Assembly: GCA_040954595.2 (NCBI GenBank)
Contig: CM082591.2
Location: forward strand, 248,001-312,000
Length of the DNA: 64,000 bases
Direction: 5' to 3'
From: Balanoglossus misakiensis
Lineage: Eukaryota; Animalia; Hemichordata
The notes beneath the pieces are model-generated. The model did not search any database, was not told the origin of the DNA, and worked only from the letters and a program-made list of their open reading frames with translations. How positions within the stretch are numbered: position 1 is the first letter of the stretch; each line of letters begins with the position of its first letter. Below are positions 42,401 to 56,000 of the stretch, in pieces. Position numbers and translations under genes: made by a program.

Positions 42401-43079
42401 ATTAGTGAATGGACATGTCAGTTTCACAAGACCAATACACCGGAACATGATCGTCACAGAACCCCACGAGTAGCGTCCGACAGTCCCACCTTCCGCTTTG
42501 CGGAACTACAAACTGATTAGTCACCAGAGATAACATATCAATTGCTTAAGATATGAACAAGGTCACACGGTGCAAAATTTATGGAAAATTACTTCCCCCC
42601 CCCCTCCCCCCGAAAAAATATGTTGGCGATTATAACTGTCAACGTAGGGTCGTCAAATTTGAAAACAAAAATCATTCCTACCTTTCTGTACATGTATATC
42701 TATTGGATACATGCGATTGGGTAACACTACATGGTCACTTGTCAGAACTTTACGCCTCTCGTTGCTTGGATACGCCATTATACCCTATAAAATGAGAAAG
42801 AGATGGATTTAAGCGCTTTTAGCGATTTTTATCAAAGCTGTTTCTAAATAGTATAATGTTATACTGCATGTGTACAAATCGATTGGCATTTGAGCTTTTA
42901 TACAGAGACAGAGAAATTGATATTCCCTCGGAACCTAAGCTATCTACAAGGAAGCTCATATTTTAACATGGCGAAAAGCCTATTACACTTTCACAGAAAT
43001 GATCAAACTCTACCTGGAAAGCACAAAGGACGGCGAAAGAACAGAATACAAGAGACGGCGCCCGTAGTTGTACTCCCAT
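39439..43079 (-). CDS. Type I membrane protein with ZU5, UPA-like and death domains (UNC5/UNC5CL-like), model of about 663 aa
   Basis: Frame-consistent exons: 43014-43079 (signal peptide), 42682-42784, 41865-42091 (TM), 40846-41763 (ZU5: GQFNHEGGLL..LILPEGAL..TPLVECGPPGLQFLKPVQIILPH..THFTLF), 40565-40705, 40248-40460, 39870-39912, and 39439-39719 (death domain: RKLARSLGLSDVTIDQVEHDY...EQAYQTLRKWK). Total 1992 nt. The domains are secure; the N-terminal and linker exon choices are less so. Confidence 0.75.
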
Positions 43080-43307
43080 CGTCGTTTCAAGTTTGAATAG
43101 TAGTCTACTTTTCTGTAAATGCTTTTAAGGGTACAGACTACAGGAAGTAAGTTACAGTAGACTGGGTCTGCGACCACTAAAAAAATCCTGACGTGGGTTG
43201 TGCTGTTATAAAATAGCTCAAATACGTAGATCAACCAGCAAAGAACAATGTGATATCATGTTCGCTTATTCCTTTTACTGGCCGTGACCGGGCTAAAAAT
43301 AGAAACA

Positions 43308-43378
43308 GGGTTTACCCAAGTCGTGAGTCAGTGACGTCATGGAAAGTCCGGGATCATGAATATTAATATCTGACGTCA
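43308..43378. promoter_or_regulatory. AP-1 / CRE / NF-kB-like motif cluster upstream of the death-domain receptor
   Basis: TGAGTCA (43324-43330), TGACGTCA (43332-43339 and 43371-43378), GGAAAGTCC (43341-43349) and GGGTTTACCC (43308-43317) all fall within about 70 bp. Confidence 0.55.
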
Positions 43379-44056
43379 TGACTGGGCACACTCCCAGCTA
43401 TGTCATCATGATCCCAATTGTTAAACCATATATCATCATGATGTCCTGGTGATAAACATCACGACACACACTAATCTGGATCTATTGTCTGTGACTGTCG
43501 GCTATTTCATCGTAATTTATCGAAATCTTAATCAACAACCTCAAGATTCTCGGGCAAGAAAGAAATTTGAGTCATCTCCCATACTGCGGAAGTTTTCTTA
43601 TCTTTCTGGAGTCAAAAAAACCCTCTGTGGCTCCTTCTGATGTCATACTTCCTTGTTCGTGTTTGTAATTAATAATGAGGTGAACACACTGAAACATAAC
43701 CTGTCTTGAGGTGGACTACTTGAACTTTGACATAAATTTTTGACATCTCTTTAGATGATAACCAGTATGACCAATATGGAATGTTCACGATGGCGGTCTA
43801 TGGAGAATACAACTTAGGTATTGGCATCTACACAGAGTTTCTTCACCAAATTGGATGAAACGTACTACACTAATAATTTTGTCAGGTTGTGATAGAACTG
43901 GGCATGTTGTATTAACTTTCTACTTGTCGAAAACGAGATCAGTCCAGATTTTTCATAGCCTGCAAGAGGGCGCTCTCTTGGAATATTCCTTGGTGGGGAT
44001 TTCTATGTTGTTTGCTTTTGGCCAAAGTTCCCCGAGAGTTACATGATGGTTGTTAA

Positions 44057-44241
44057 AGGTATACGGTCACCTCCAATTTACATACGCCCATATATGTCAG
44101 AAATGGCGTATTTGAGTGTTCCAAAGAACATATGGTGGCACTCTTTTTTTCGCGTGTGCCACCCACTGAAAATCTGTGATTGGCCAGATCTCAATTTACC
44201 ATGGTAACTGTAGCTATATTTGCATAGGTGACCGTATACCT
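44057..44241. mobile_element. Non-autonomous TIR element with TTAA TSD (Kolobok-like MITE), 185 bp
   Basis: Perfect 16-bp TIRs: AGGTATACGGTCACCT (44057-44072) and its reverse complement (44226-44241). TTAA flanks at 44053-44056 and 44242-44245. Purine-start termini with TTAA fit Kolobok better than piggyBac. Confidence 0.85.
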
Positions 44242-45875
44242 TTAAATCTTGGACAATTTGGTGCAGAAATGATCTTAATGACCCATGAGAACCAGATCAG
44301 TGACCTCTCACTGAGATGTTACAAATCCCGAGTAAACAACTTTTGTCAGAAACCGTCGTCTACATGTAGTAGAACTAATTACAGAAGATTGTTGGATGTC
44401 AAACCCCCTAAGTTTATTCTGAAACGCAGCGTGCATGGCATTTTACTTTTGTCAAAACAGGTCATTCACTGTACATTAATATCATTGTACTAAATATATG
44501 TCTGGCGGAGAGGCTGGATGTGGACTTTAATGATAACTTGCCACAAAAGGTTAAGTGACCTACCGTACGTTTCTGATATAAGACTTATATTGTGTGGCGC
44601 CTTAAAAAAACAGGAGAAAAATCTATCAATGTCCTTTGATATAAAAGCTTCACAGTCCTTAAACAAGGACAACAGAAAAGTAAAACATACTTATAAGAAT
44701 GGAAACGCTTACGTATAATTACAGAGCCTTTGGTAACTTTGTCATATTCACCGAAAAGTGACAGCCAAAAAGGAAATTCTCGTTTTTCATTTGATGAAAG
44801 CGATAGTTTGTTTTTTGTTATTTCTGTATCTTTTATATCATATTTCTGGTTTGACGCCATGCTTCTGAATGTTGAAATCACCCATTATTCATGGAATTAA
44901 AAGAAGTTTTTTTTTGAGGTACTCTTGCACTATCCTGTATTTAATAGTCACCGATCGCTTCCTTATATTTCCCTTCCTTCGCATTCCACAAAAGAATCAA
45001 CTTCACTTTCACCTTCTTGTAGAGAACGTCACTTGAGGGCGACACCTTGAAGTCTCCCATTCGCCCCAAAGCTTTGCAACTCTATGTGATTAACCGAGCT
45101 AGAGCCTGAGTCAGTACTGAAGTATCTCGCCAAGAATCGCTCAGGCAGAACAGATGATAGGGCGAGTACACATGATGAATCGGCCCTGTCTTCTGCCTCC
45201 AGGCTGATGACGTAGTTCACTTGGGGTCTATTGTTCCCCTAACGCCCATTAGTGGTACAGTAGGGTTAAAATGCATACCAAATGCAGTCTTTGTGTTCAC
45301 AGCTGTACGCTTGTTGGATATATCTTCCCCACGTCGCTGGCCATTCGCTTTAGTATAAGAGCACCGCGCAATTTACACAATGGTACGCCTGCGCCTTATA
45401 CTGAGAGGTTGACGTCTACCTGCAGGGCAGTACCGCGACAAACGAGTCGCATTTCATCGCAGCAGACGATCAGCTGTCGTTCACACTGGAGACACCGTAG
45501 ACACCAAATGTCTTCCGATATCACACAAGGATGGCGAGTTGGACACACAGTTTTATGGTGACATAGCTGGCTGGTTTCTTATTCACAGTAACATATTTTG
45601 TCGTGACGACGAAGAGTTTGGGCAGAGAAACTGAATTGTGTGAATGACACCAAGAGAGACGAGAAGTAAGCGACGCTAAAAGTGCTTCAGAACTTACAAA
45701 CTGATCCGTGTCATGGTATTTCCATTGATGCTCCATCCTCATTTGAATTAACTGTTAAGAATCAGGCGTAAGAGGTGGTTTGGAAAGCAAATAAGACCAA
45801 ATCCAATACTGAATGTGACCACATCTGTATCGACATCCGCAGTTGTTCGAATAGACCGAACTTACTGCGATAAAG

Positions 45876-47009
45876 ATGGAGGAATATTTCAAATACCAAG
45901 AAAATGTCTCGGTTGAAAACAAACTACCAGACCCTTTCAGGTGTCGTCTTGATCTGCGACCGAGACCAGGGGAAGCTGGGAGTCTGAAACGTGTGTTTCG
46001 TCCACTATTGCATTGGCTGGATCCGGTGTTCCAGTTTGTGATGATAAACGACAACAAAACTCGCTTGAATAAGCATTTGATTTCACCAAACACACCCGAA
46101 CATTCATCTCGCTGTTCTCCTGACAACGTTAATACACCGGCCATGAGTATAATGCTGTTCTTACTCGAAGATCACCAAGGCGAACATTCTGCCGCGTCTG
46201 CTTTGAACAACTTGCAAAAGCCACCTTTCCGTTTCCACCACAAGATAGAACTTAGCTCAAAGAATTATCGCGGCAACATTAAAACTGTCGCCAGACAAGA
46301 TTTCTACATCGCCAGCCCTGAATACCCACTAATATCTGTCTGTCCAGTGCATTATGGAAAAGAACACCTTCGCTTTAATATTTTTGCCAAAAACTTTGAA
46401 GCCATGGTGGATTTCTATCGCTGCATTCTCGGCATGCAGGCATCTTCAACGAAACCTGGTTTTTGTCTATTTAATGTATATTCACAGCCAGGATTTGACA
46501 TTCAGGTAGCCTTGAAACATTCCTCTAAATTGACTCCTCGACCAGTAAAAGCGGGCTTCCTTCGCATCAAGGTCAAGTATGCCAGAGACCTACAACCGTT
46601 TCTTTCTGGTCAAATAACAAAAGTCGACAGTAGCGGTGAATTAATCACCCATGACCCCGACGGAAATGTTGTTATTCTGGAAGAAACAGAACCGGCAAAC
46701 AGCGATATTGTCAATAATCATGAAGTAGATGATTTGGACCTGGATGATGTGTGTAGTATGTTCTCGGTGGATTTGGCAGAGGACACCAAGAGCGAACTGA
46801 GCTTCTCGGGAAGTTACGACAGCGGCGCCTGCAGCCTGGACGCGGCGGACGGCACAAACACAAGTGGAAGCTCGGCTGATTCTGCTATCTACGACTCGTC
46901 TGCCGAAGAACTTCAGTTTGACGAATTATTCAAACTTGGCAGAAGAAAGACAACTCCAGTTTCGGATAACACGTCAGAGCTTATCGTAGTTGCATCAACT
47001 ACTGTCTGA
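45876..47009 (+). CDS. FAM124: FAM124 family protein, intronless CDS, 377 aa
   Basis: Family-like motifs are MLFLLED, LQKPPFRFHHKIEL, ARQDFY, VHYGKEHLRF, NFEAMVDFYRCILG, FCLF.VYSQ..FDIQVALK and DPDGN, followed by an acidic Ser-rich tail. Confidence 0.85.
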   Translation: MEEYFKYQENVSVENKLPDPFRCRLDLRPRPGEAGSLKRVFRPLLHWLDPVFQFVMINDNKTRLNKHLISPNTPEHSSRCSPDNVNTPAMSIMLFLLEDHQGEHSAASALNNLQKPPFRFHHKIELSSKNYRGNIKTVARQDFYIASPEYPLISVCPVHYGKEHLRFNIFAKNFEAMVDFYRCILGMQASSTKPGFCLFNVYSQPGFDIQVALKHSSKLTPRPVKAGFLRIKVKYARDLQPFLSGQITKVDSSGELITHDPDGNVVILEETEPANSDIVNNHEVDDLDLDDVCSMFSVDLAEDTKSELSFSGSYDSGACSLDAADGTNTSGSSADSAIYDSSAEELQFDELFKLGRRKTTPVSDNTSELIVVASTTV

Positions 47010-50000
47010 CAAGACCCTTCTCTGTAGTCAATCACAGAGGCTGGGTAGCACGTAACATTTTCACCGACAAAGTGACTTGAACTTGATGTAGTAATATCAC
47101 AAGTCCCTCGCTCATACCAGCACATAGATATTAGATGAACACGGATTTTAGAGAAGTATAATATTTGTTAAATTGGGGATCGTTATCCTTGAAATCTGTG
47201 ATACACATTACTGTCCGTGAAATTGGCTTAATCGAAAATCCGAACGTGCATCTCATCTCTATTACAGTTGCTGTGGTAACGATGCTAATTTAATCCCGGT
47301 AAAATGGACATTACTATCTTTAAAAGAAAGCAATCAAACAGATGAAAATAGTTTGTAAATTTTATAAATAGATAGTTCACTTATCAATTCCGAGCCAAGC
47401 CTTAAACTTATATTACATATTTAGTGAAATGTACCTTGAGAATTTGTAGATATTGTGAGACTTCATTCACGTACAAAATCATTCCGACCAACGTTTGTAT
47501 TAACTGTGGATGTATTATATTTTAATATGTTTTATCTATATTTATGATTACGTATTCAACACAGAATATATTCAAATTATTCTGTGGTACAAATTGCGTC
47601 CGATTATCTAATCGTTTTGTCTTAGGAGACAATAATTTCACGGAAAGGACTTTCTGGTGTGGTTTCACATAAAATGTCACCGTCACACCAACGTTTGGTT
47701 TCGCATAAAAACTGACCCGAACAGTTGGAGATTACCTTAATTAATACCTTCAATCTGGAGCTCACCGTTTTCAATGGACATTCCGTCCCGATTTCCAAGA
47801 TTTATCGACCGCCATAAAAACTGTTACAATTGCTTGCCCTACTTCGGTAAATAGGACTTATGGGATTTACATACCACCATCAGGAGTTGAAGCCAGCTTT
47901 TCGAATAAGAATCTTCCAAAATCTCTTTTTGGGAAAATTCCGATGCGAATGACCCGTTAATGCAGTCGGTATTTGATTGGTACTCGAATCCTGAAACTCC
48001 CATTGTGTTTTGTCTTACTACTTATGTTAAACAAAGAACCAAAGTTGTCAAGAATGGGGTTTTCAAAATCGACTTCTGGATTAATGAACCTTCCAACAAT
48101 GTCTAGTGTTTCTAATCTTGAAACTGAATTCCGTCCCAAATTTTCCAGTTGAAAGAGCACACGCAGACACAGTGTTTTGATAGGCAACCCACTAGTCTAG
48201 TGTCTATGAACAGACGTTGGTTCCGTGGTGAGTAACGAAGTCACGCCTTCTGAAAAAGTACAACGTTCTTTGACCAAGCAAACCTTTTCAAATAGCGTAT
48301 CACTCACAAAACACGAAAACAACCGAGTTTTTCTCTTTCAAAAGGTGTTAAATATCCCCGCTTGTGTTGTCCGGGATCTATTTACCTGCAGATGAACGCA
48401 TAAAAGAAAACATTTACATTGGCGATAGGAAGGGACCCTCTTGGGACCTCTAACCTCCAATGATCATTGATCGGAAACCAAACACCCCCGCTTTTAATAA
48501 AATATCCTGTTGTCGTTTTTCTCCAGTCAAAACGTCAAAATCTCCGTCCAGATTCACAGATCTGTCCCTGATCCTCCAAAAAGTAACTTTAACTTGATTA
48601 TGGCCAGTGGACCGTACCGTATTCAAGCTACAGGTGAGACCATAGATGCGGTCGCCACTGTCTAAGGGTAACCACTGTACAATTCAAAAGTAAAGATTTT
48701 GGCGTACTCTTTGTATAGACACAGACAACGAACACAGGTCATCTTGATGATTTTCTCCGATCATTGGAGTACATGAAAACTAAGTTTATGTATCAGGACA
48801 ATCGATCCATTGCAATTCCGTATACAAGTAATTCAGTTTTGTCTGACTTTACATCATAATTGAATTTGTATTTATTTATTTTATTTGTATTGTCTTGCAA
48901 TTTGTTACGAGAATGTGGTTGTGAATAAATCATTATTCATTGAAAACCATGAACACAAGTTGTGTAGTATGTTGCTTAAATATCAAGAACATGAAGTGCC
49001 GTACATTTTAATGCGTTCTGTTGATCTGGGTGTCTCTACAAGTAGTTGAGGAGCGTGGGTAGAAAAACACAAATCAAACAGTCAGTTAGTGGGGACGACC
49101 TACCCATAAAGAGCTCCAATAGAGAGTGTGTTTTCACATCTCTTTAGCAAAATCCGATTCAATGAAGGCACCAGGCTGCCGTGGTGAGAATTATAGTGTA
49201 CAAATTCCAGAAATATAAACATTATATGTTCCTCAAAGTGAAGGATTTTCAGTGAAAGAAAGTCAAGTATCTGCCATTCTTTCAGACAGGTCCTGCTTCT
49301 TGTACATTCTGAAATCAATACCGAGAGGGAATCTGAAAGCAACATTGACAAAAGTCATATATTCTATGATGACTCATTCTGGCTGTTGTGTCAATATTTA
49401 TTAGAAAAGGTGTAGGTTTAGATTTCGGTTTTATTTCATATTATGTCATTTTGAATGGTTTTGTTTTGTTTTGCTTTGCTGTAGTGTCTGCTGGACCATG
49501 ACAGTCAAATTTACCAAAGACTTTTTCACTGTGTACAAACAGAAACTGATCTGAAGTGGTATAAGAACTGTTATAGGGATAAGTGGGTAACTGGATACCG
49601 GACTCTCTTGCTCTGCTGGCCGGTCTGAAGAGCATCGACAGAGTTGTCCAACAATGTCTTTTGTCTGTTGAACAATATGCAAACTGAAGTCCTCTTCTCA
49701 TTGACAGATCGCTGTTACTACGCACTTCTGCTACTGACACGTTGCGTAAACTCGTTGAGTGGATTTACTTTGTTGCGCTGTCCAAGTAACAGACTAAAAT
49801 ACAGAGTCTGGCCAACAAATTCGACAAAAATGGAGGAGTAATCTGTTTTGTACATAGCATCTGGCCATACTCAACTGCCCAGTTTGACTTCTCTGTCATA
49901 GCAGAAAAGTACACGCACAGTCAATATTGCCAGATCAAAACAAGCACGGAAGCCATGGTCTGTCGTTTAATGTTAGATTAAAAGGCACTATTGCGTTTAA

Positions 50001-53000
50001 ATTGATGTTTTGTGACATCAGGTGTTTGTTATTGTACAGTTGAAGTTAAAAAGGGACCCAGAAGCAAAGCTGAATCATTGATTCAACTCACATAACCAAA
50101 GTGGATCACACCACAACACGACACAACAATCTCTTCCCTATTGGCCACCTTTGTGGACCATCATCACTTTCTACTTCCAGTTTTTGTGAGACTCACTGAT
50201 GAGCTCAGAGACAACTGTATATTCACCAGTAGTTCAAGATCACCATGGTAATTTGAAAATGTATTGCAAATTATTTTAACAGAACCAAAATAGTATCAGT
50301 GGGCAATCTCAACACTGGAGATTATTCAAATTTGAAGTTCTCTGGTAAGCACAATGATCTACTTCTGAAAGTTCAAAGTCATCAAAAGTAAATGGTTGAC
50401 TGGCGATGGGGTAATGAGTAGATGGTATTGAACTACAGAGAAAAGTGTACATGTAGTTGTAGTCTGACCTATATAACTACTCACCCGGACTGTCTACCAC
50501 GAATTTCTGAAGACAATGACTACTGTACTGAGTAAATGCACTTTTTATCTGCTCTTGTAAATCATCTGAAATTGGTCGCCAGGAGTTTCAAGTTCTTTCA
50601 CCCTCGCGTTTCTTGCGACAATCAACTGAGACACAGGGAAACATTTGTTGGTCTTTGCCCCCTATGTGTGTGGCCCTAGATGTAGTTCGACTGGAAAGAT
50701 ACACAACACGTGTCTGTACACATGTGTGGGTATAAGAAACCACTCTACTTCTTGCTAATTGTTTTAAATTATTATAGTTCTTAAAAAGTGACCAATTCTA
50801 TTCTGCGACTCTGCAGCTTTGCTGCATCTTCTATCACGCGTGTGTACAGTAAATTGTCCCTGACCTGACCTGTGTTACAGAAATCAAGGCTGCTCTGGTG
50901 ACGAAGTAAATCTTTTACTTTGACACTCCTGAACCAGTTCTATGTAACCTCGAACTGTTCATTTTAAACGCCCACAAGCATCTTTCAGTGTGACTTTGTT
51001 GCTTGGCAACAGTCATCTATCATGCAGCCATGGCAACAAATGGGTGTGTCTTGGCACACCTACAAATCAAACAAGGTATGTGTGAAGAAACCAAATTGGT
51101 TATAAATTGTCTCTTCCATGTGACACAAACTTTATGAAGGGTCGCTCATAAAACACTGAGTTGGTACAGAAGAACTTCTAGTAAGAAACCTGGCCAGTCC
51201 AATTTAGCTCAGAAAATATTTCAATTTGTGCTATATCAATATCATCGACCGACTGAGTCATATTTTCGAGAGAAAAAAATCTATCAGATGTTTCTTTGTT
51301 GTGTTCTTGTTTGTTTCCATGGCACCTGTTGCATCTTCACGTTCAAAAGATTGTCTACATTGACCAAGCTTCACTAGTTTATGGATCCATTTGAAAAGAA
51401 AGATACTGAATCCAAATGAACAGTGCAACCAACAAACGCATGTGTAATATATGACTTGATGTGTCGCCATAAAATCAACACTTGTAAATAATGAACAAAA
51501 CCAGACATGAAAAAATACAATCACGACGAGAATGCGTTGAAGGGCTGAGTAATTTTCAGTCGATTGGAACGGTATGCTATAGTTTGTCTCATGCATTCAT
51601 CTCAAAGTCACAATACCAAAGCATTTTGCCTGCAACAATGCTATCAAGGCCATGCTTTGCTTGTCAAAGGATACATCAGGAACTTCAATCTGGACTTTAA
51701 GAATTATTACAGAGAATTGTCAGTGTAGATATTCACTTCAGAACAAAAACAATGTGGTTTTGGTATGTGCAAGACATCGATGAATTTCGTTCCCAGACAA
51801 TAATCTCCAACGGTTTATGAAAACCCTGTGATAACCACTTCACTTTCTGTCTGTGTGTCTGTGTGTCGGCCTGCTTCTTTGCCGACCTGTGTTTTAATTT
51901 GTCTCGCTAGCTTGCTGAATATTTATGAAGCACAGCCTGTGTCAGTTTACATCGAAAACTCATTGCGTGAAATAGATGCATTGATTCAACTGTTGCGACA
52001 GCTCTGTTCAACCAACTGGTCTTTTGTCTGGTCACATGGTCTTATCCCCCAAGCTGGTTTCCTTTCATCAATCAATTAATCAATCAATGATCAGTTGGTG
52101 ATGCATGTTGTGCACCCAAGTCACTCGCTTCTATCGCGCATACATCATGTTTATAAATTTGCGGAATACACTGAAACAGACTGTCACAAACGTTTATTCT
52201 TTTTGAGCCATTAAATCTCAGTTCTCTCTTCTCTGACATGTTTGTGAAATCTTGCACAATTACTGATGGGTGTGGACACCACAGGTGGATGTGCCTGGGG
52301 GCCGGGGCATATATCTGATGAAACTTGAAAGGGATGTACTCAGATGGGTGATCATGCATGTCCAAATAAAACCCAAAACTTGAATAATAATCCTACAATT
52401 AAAAGTATATAATCGCATAAAGTTTTATTTTACTTATATTTTTGAGAGTGCTCGAAATCTTGACAGGTGCTCAAGATTCTAATAGACTCTATCTCATGAC
52501 CTCTGATCCGAATATTGTTTGGCTCTATTTTACGTTTTAGTGACAGAAATGTGTGTAACAGGTGACTGCGTGAAGTTTCAGGTCTTTACGTTGGATGATT
52601 TCCATCGGGTCACAAGATCTTCAAAAGGACAACATGATTTATTTTTTTTATCTTTGGCATCGGCATTTTGCCTGTAGCGTTTTTGTCGTTGCGTTGGTTT
52701 ACTTATTATTTATACAAAAGCAAGACAATTCAGGCCAATTGAAGCATGGACTTCTACCCTCCCGCATCGAATCGAAGTTAATAGTCAGCAGAACAGAACC
52801 AGTCAGACAGACAGACAGACAAGTGTCTTGCACAGATTGGAATGTTAGTTTATTATTTATTGACTCCACGCCTATATCCACTAATTAAATGTACACATGT
52901 AACCAGGTGCATGGTCGTCATGGAGACAATGACGCAGACACTATTTTACACCGATAGCTTTCTGACCACTGTCTATATTTTTTATTACTTATTTAAGTTT

Positions 53001-56000
53001 ATAGCAATAGTCATGTCACATTCATTACAACGTTTTCTGTGTACACGTTTTATGGACAAGGTGTAATTAAAAATTGTAACCATTCGCACTTCTTGACGAT
53101 TACTGGTTTAAGAAATACTCAATAAAACACAACTATCCATCCCTCCTTCTTTCTCACATAACATACACCTGCATGTAATCTGTTTATTCCTTCTGGCCTT
53201 CATCTCTGACCGTTTGGCCATGACTAACTTCCGATTGCTTTCTTTAAGTTATGCGACAATTCCTCACCCTCGCACGTAGACACAATTTATCTTTACTCAA
53301 TGCCCACAACAGAAATCTCGTCACACTCTGTCGCCCCAGAGTCATATTACAAAAACAGGAGCGAAACACCGTTGGACCACAACAAGTCACTGTGCAGATA
53401 AACCAATATTTGAAACAAGTATTTTCAGAGAGACACAGTGCAAGATACACAAACACGATGTTGCCCTCACACAAACAAACAACATAGTATTCTAACCAAG
53501 AATGTTATTAAAAAAGAAAGTTACGCTGGTGATTCAAACCGTTAGACCATTCAGAACCAATAGACCTCGCCAACTGTCAAAGAAAATATTTCCCAACACT
53601 TTTACTTCTGAGGAATATTTGTCCATAACAGTGAACGGGAAGTCGCCATTCATAATGTTGGCTAGTCAAGCTATGTTTTTTTTTCAGGCCAGGGGCTGGG
53701 AGACCTCACCAAGACAGACCTAGCAAAGGCGTGCAGTTCAGAAGATGGGTCGCTATAATGACCACGATGGGTAATGGTTAAATCACAAAGAAGACACGCT
53801 TACCTTTTCACACGATTTATTGCAAGCTCCAAGTCATATAATTTTAATTTTTCCGCGTACGCGGTGTTTGACACGTACTGTACGAGGGAAGCTCATGAAA
53901 GCATGCGAACCAAAGTGTAAGTACAACAAACGGACATTCTTCTCAACAACAAAGCGAGCGATGGTGGTTTAATATAAATCCAAATTATTGATGGGAGAGT
54001 TGCTTGATAAACATTTGTTGGGTTGAAAGACGTTGGGTAGAGGTGTTAATTGGTGTCAAAACCTTTCAACTCTGGGTCCATAGTTGGACACATTGCTAAC
54101 GTCATCAATGTTTAATCTTTAATGATGGCATCCAAAGTAATTGTTCTAAAGTGACACTTCAGGCAGATGTAATGAACACCTGTGAATCCATGGGAACTTT
54201 TAACTCCATGTATCATAAGAACCACCCCGCCTTCACTGATTCAAACTTCATTCCCACTGCGATCATCAAAAGACGCGCTGAGAACGCGCAGAAGTTGATT
54301 GATAATTCCTCTCTTCACTACAAGCATTGTCCAAACACACTGCTTCACACAAATCTTGACATTACACAACGGCAGTGATAAAATAGACCAGTTTCATTAT
54401 TTTCCAATGCGACACAAGGAATCCCGACCTGTATAGACACTCAAATTGCTGTTCGATGAGTCAATACATTACAAGAGGAGTGCATTTTAGTGCGAGTCAC
54501 TGTCCGCTCGAATATAAACCCTGGGGGAAATGCAATATAAGCTACACGTATACATGACAAAACCAAATTGTTTCATGTACGATCCAGGCCAGGCCAATCT
54601 TGATTGACCATTTCACACCTCGTAAAAAGTGCACGTGCTAAGGTTAGTGAACTTATATTAAATACAAGCGGCCATTTGGCGAGACATGACTGCTACAGTA
54701 TAGTGATGCTCCTCAGATAATAAAGTGTACATCTGCAGTAAAACTGACATTACACCTGGCGTCTCCTAAAACCATTCTTTGTTGTCGATGAAACCATTGA
54801 CAATATGCAGAGACAAGGCCGTCTACCTTTGCTTACAACAAGTCAATATTGATTAAAGTTTTGGGGTGCAACCAGAGGGTACTTTGTTCTAACGTGAGAG
54901 ATTTATGTTGAGTTGGACTTTTAGTCACCAATGACAGCACCGTGAAGAATAGTTTCTTTTTTCCCCCGCCTGTGAATTGAGCATTTTAAAATTTGTGATA
55001 GGCTGAACCATCGGTGAATATCCTCTCTCGAAGTCTGAACAATGAAATGAAGGGTGCACCGTGGGATTGGTGTGTAACCATAACAACCACCGTGCTACCC
55101 TGTACCCAATATCAATGCCTTGAAATACATTGCTTGTTCCAAGTTTTGTCCTACCACTGACTGACTGAGTAGTTACATTATATTGTTGATAAAAACAAAA
55201 TGCATGTTTAGAACACAAGGCTAGAGTAGGCGGACGTGATGACTCAATCGTATCATCGGCCATCGACCCGGAGGCCAATACAGGAATGCATCAATGTGCT
55301 GATTTTTGTCTTCAGCCTTGCGATATCATTTGCAGCCAGACCATACATGTATGCCAAGTACACATTAAATGTAGTGAAACCATGCATGTTAAACTGGTTT
55401 GATGACCTACTTATTGCAATGCATGTAAAACATCAATTTGGATTAATGATGATCGTTGCCTGCTTAAGATAGAATCAACACACAATGTCAGCTGATCACC
55501 CGAGAAATCTTCCCAACAGTTGATGGAGACATCGATATGTTCCTGCATTGAGAAATGGTGATGGGCTAAATTGGTTACATGGCGTTTTGCTGGTAATTTG
55601 ATTTTAATGGCCGCATAGTTTGTTTCCCGGATATTCATTGCTGAGCAACCGGTCGGTAATGGTTGAAGTTCGATGGCTGTGATCTATGACGGAATTGACC
55701 CTCAGGCAATCATCGAACCATTTAGGGGTTAATTAATTGGATTTGCATTGTTCTTTTCCACCATTTTTTGCTAAAAACAGAAAATCGTACGTGCCGCTGT
55801 CAGCGAACGAAGTCTGGTGACAAATGAAGATCTTTTATCGACCAGTATTTAGCAGAACATTGTGACGTCAAGATAATGAGTGGTGTGTAAGGTTTAACTA
55901 TCAGCAATTTATGTCTATAACCCAGTTACTTCTCCAATAGTAACCTGGTTCTTTTCAGAGGCGCAGAAGTCTGATTTCAAACAAGCTAAATCTATTTCTT

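Noticed and set aside
50190-50225. Second hammerhead candidate (CTGATGAGCTC...)
   Set aside because: No GAAA core follows a stem II, and there is no closing stem I. Other CTGANGA hits (9946, 20851, 24143 minus, 37476) fail likewise.
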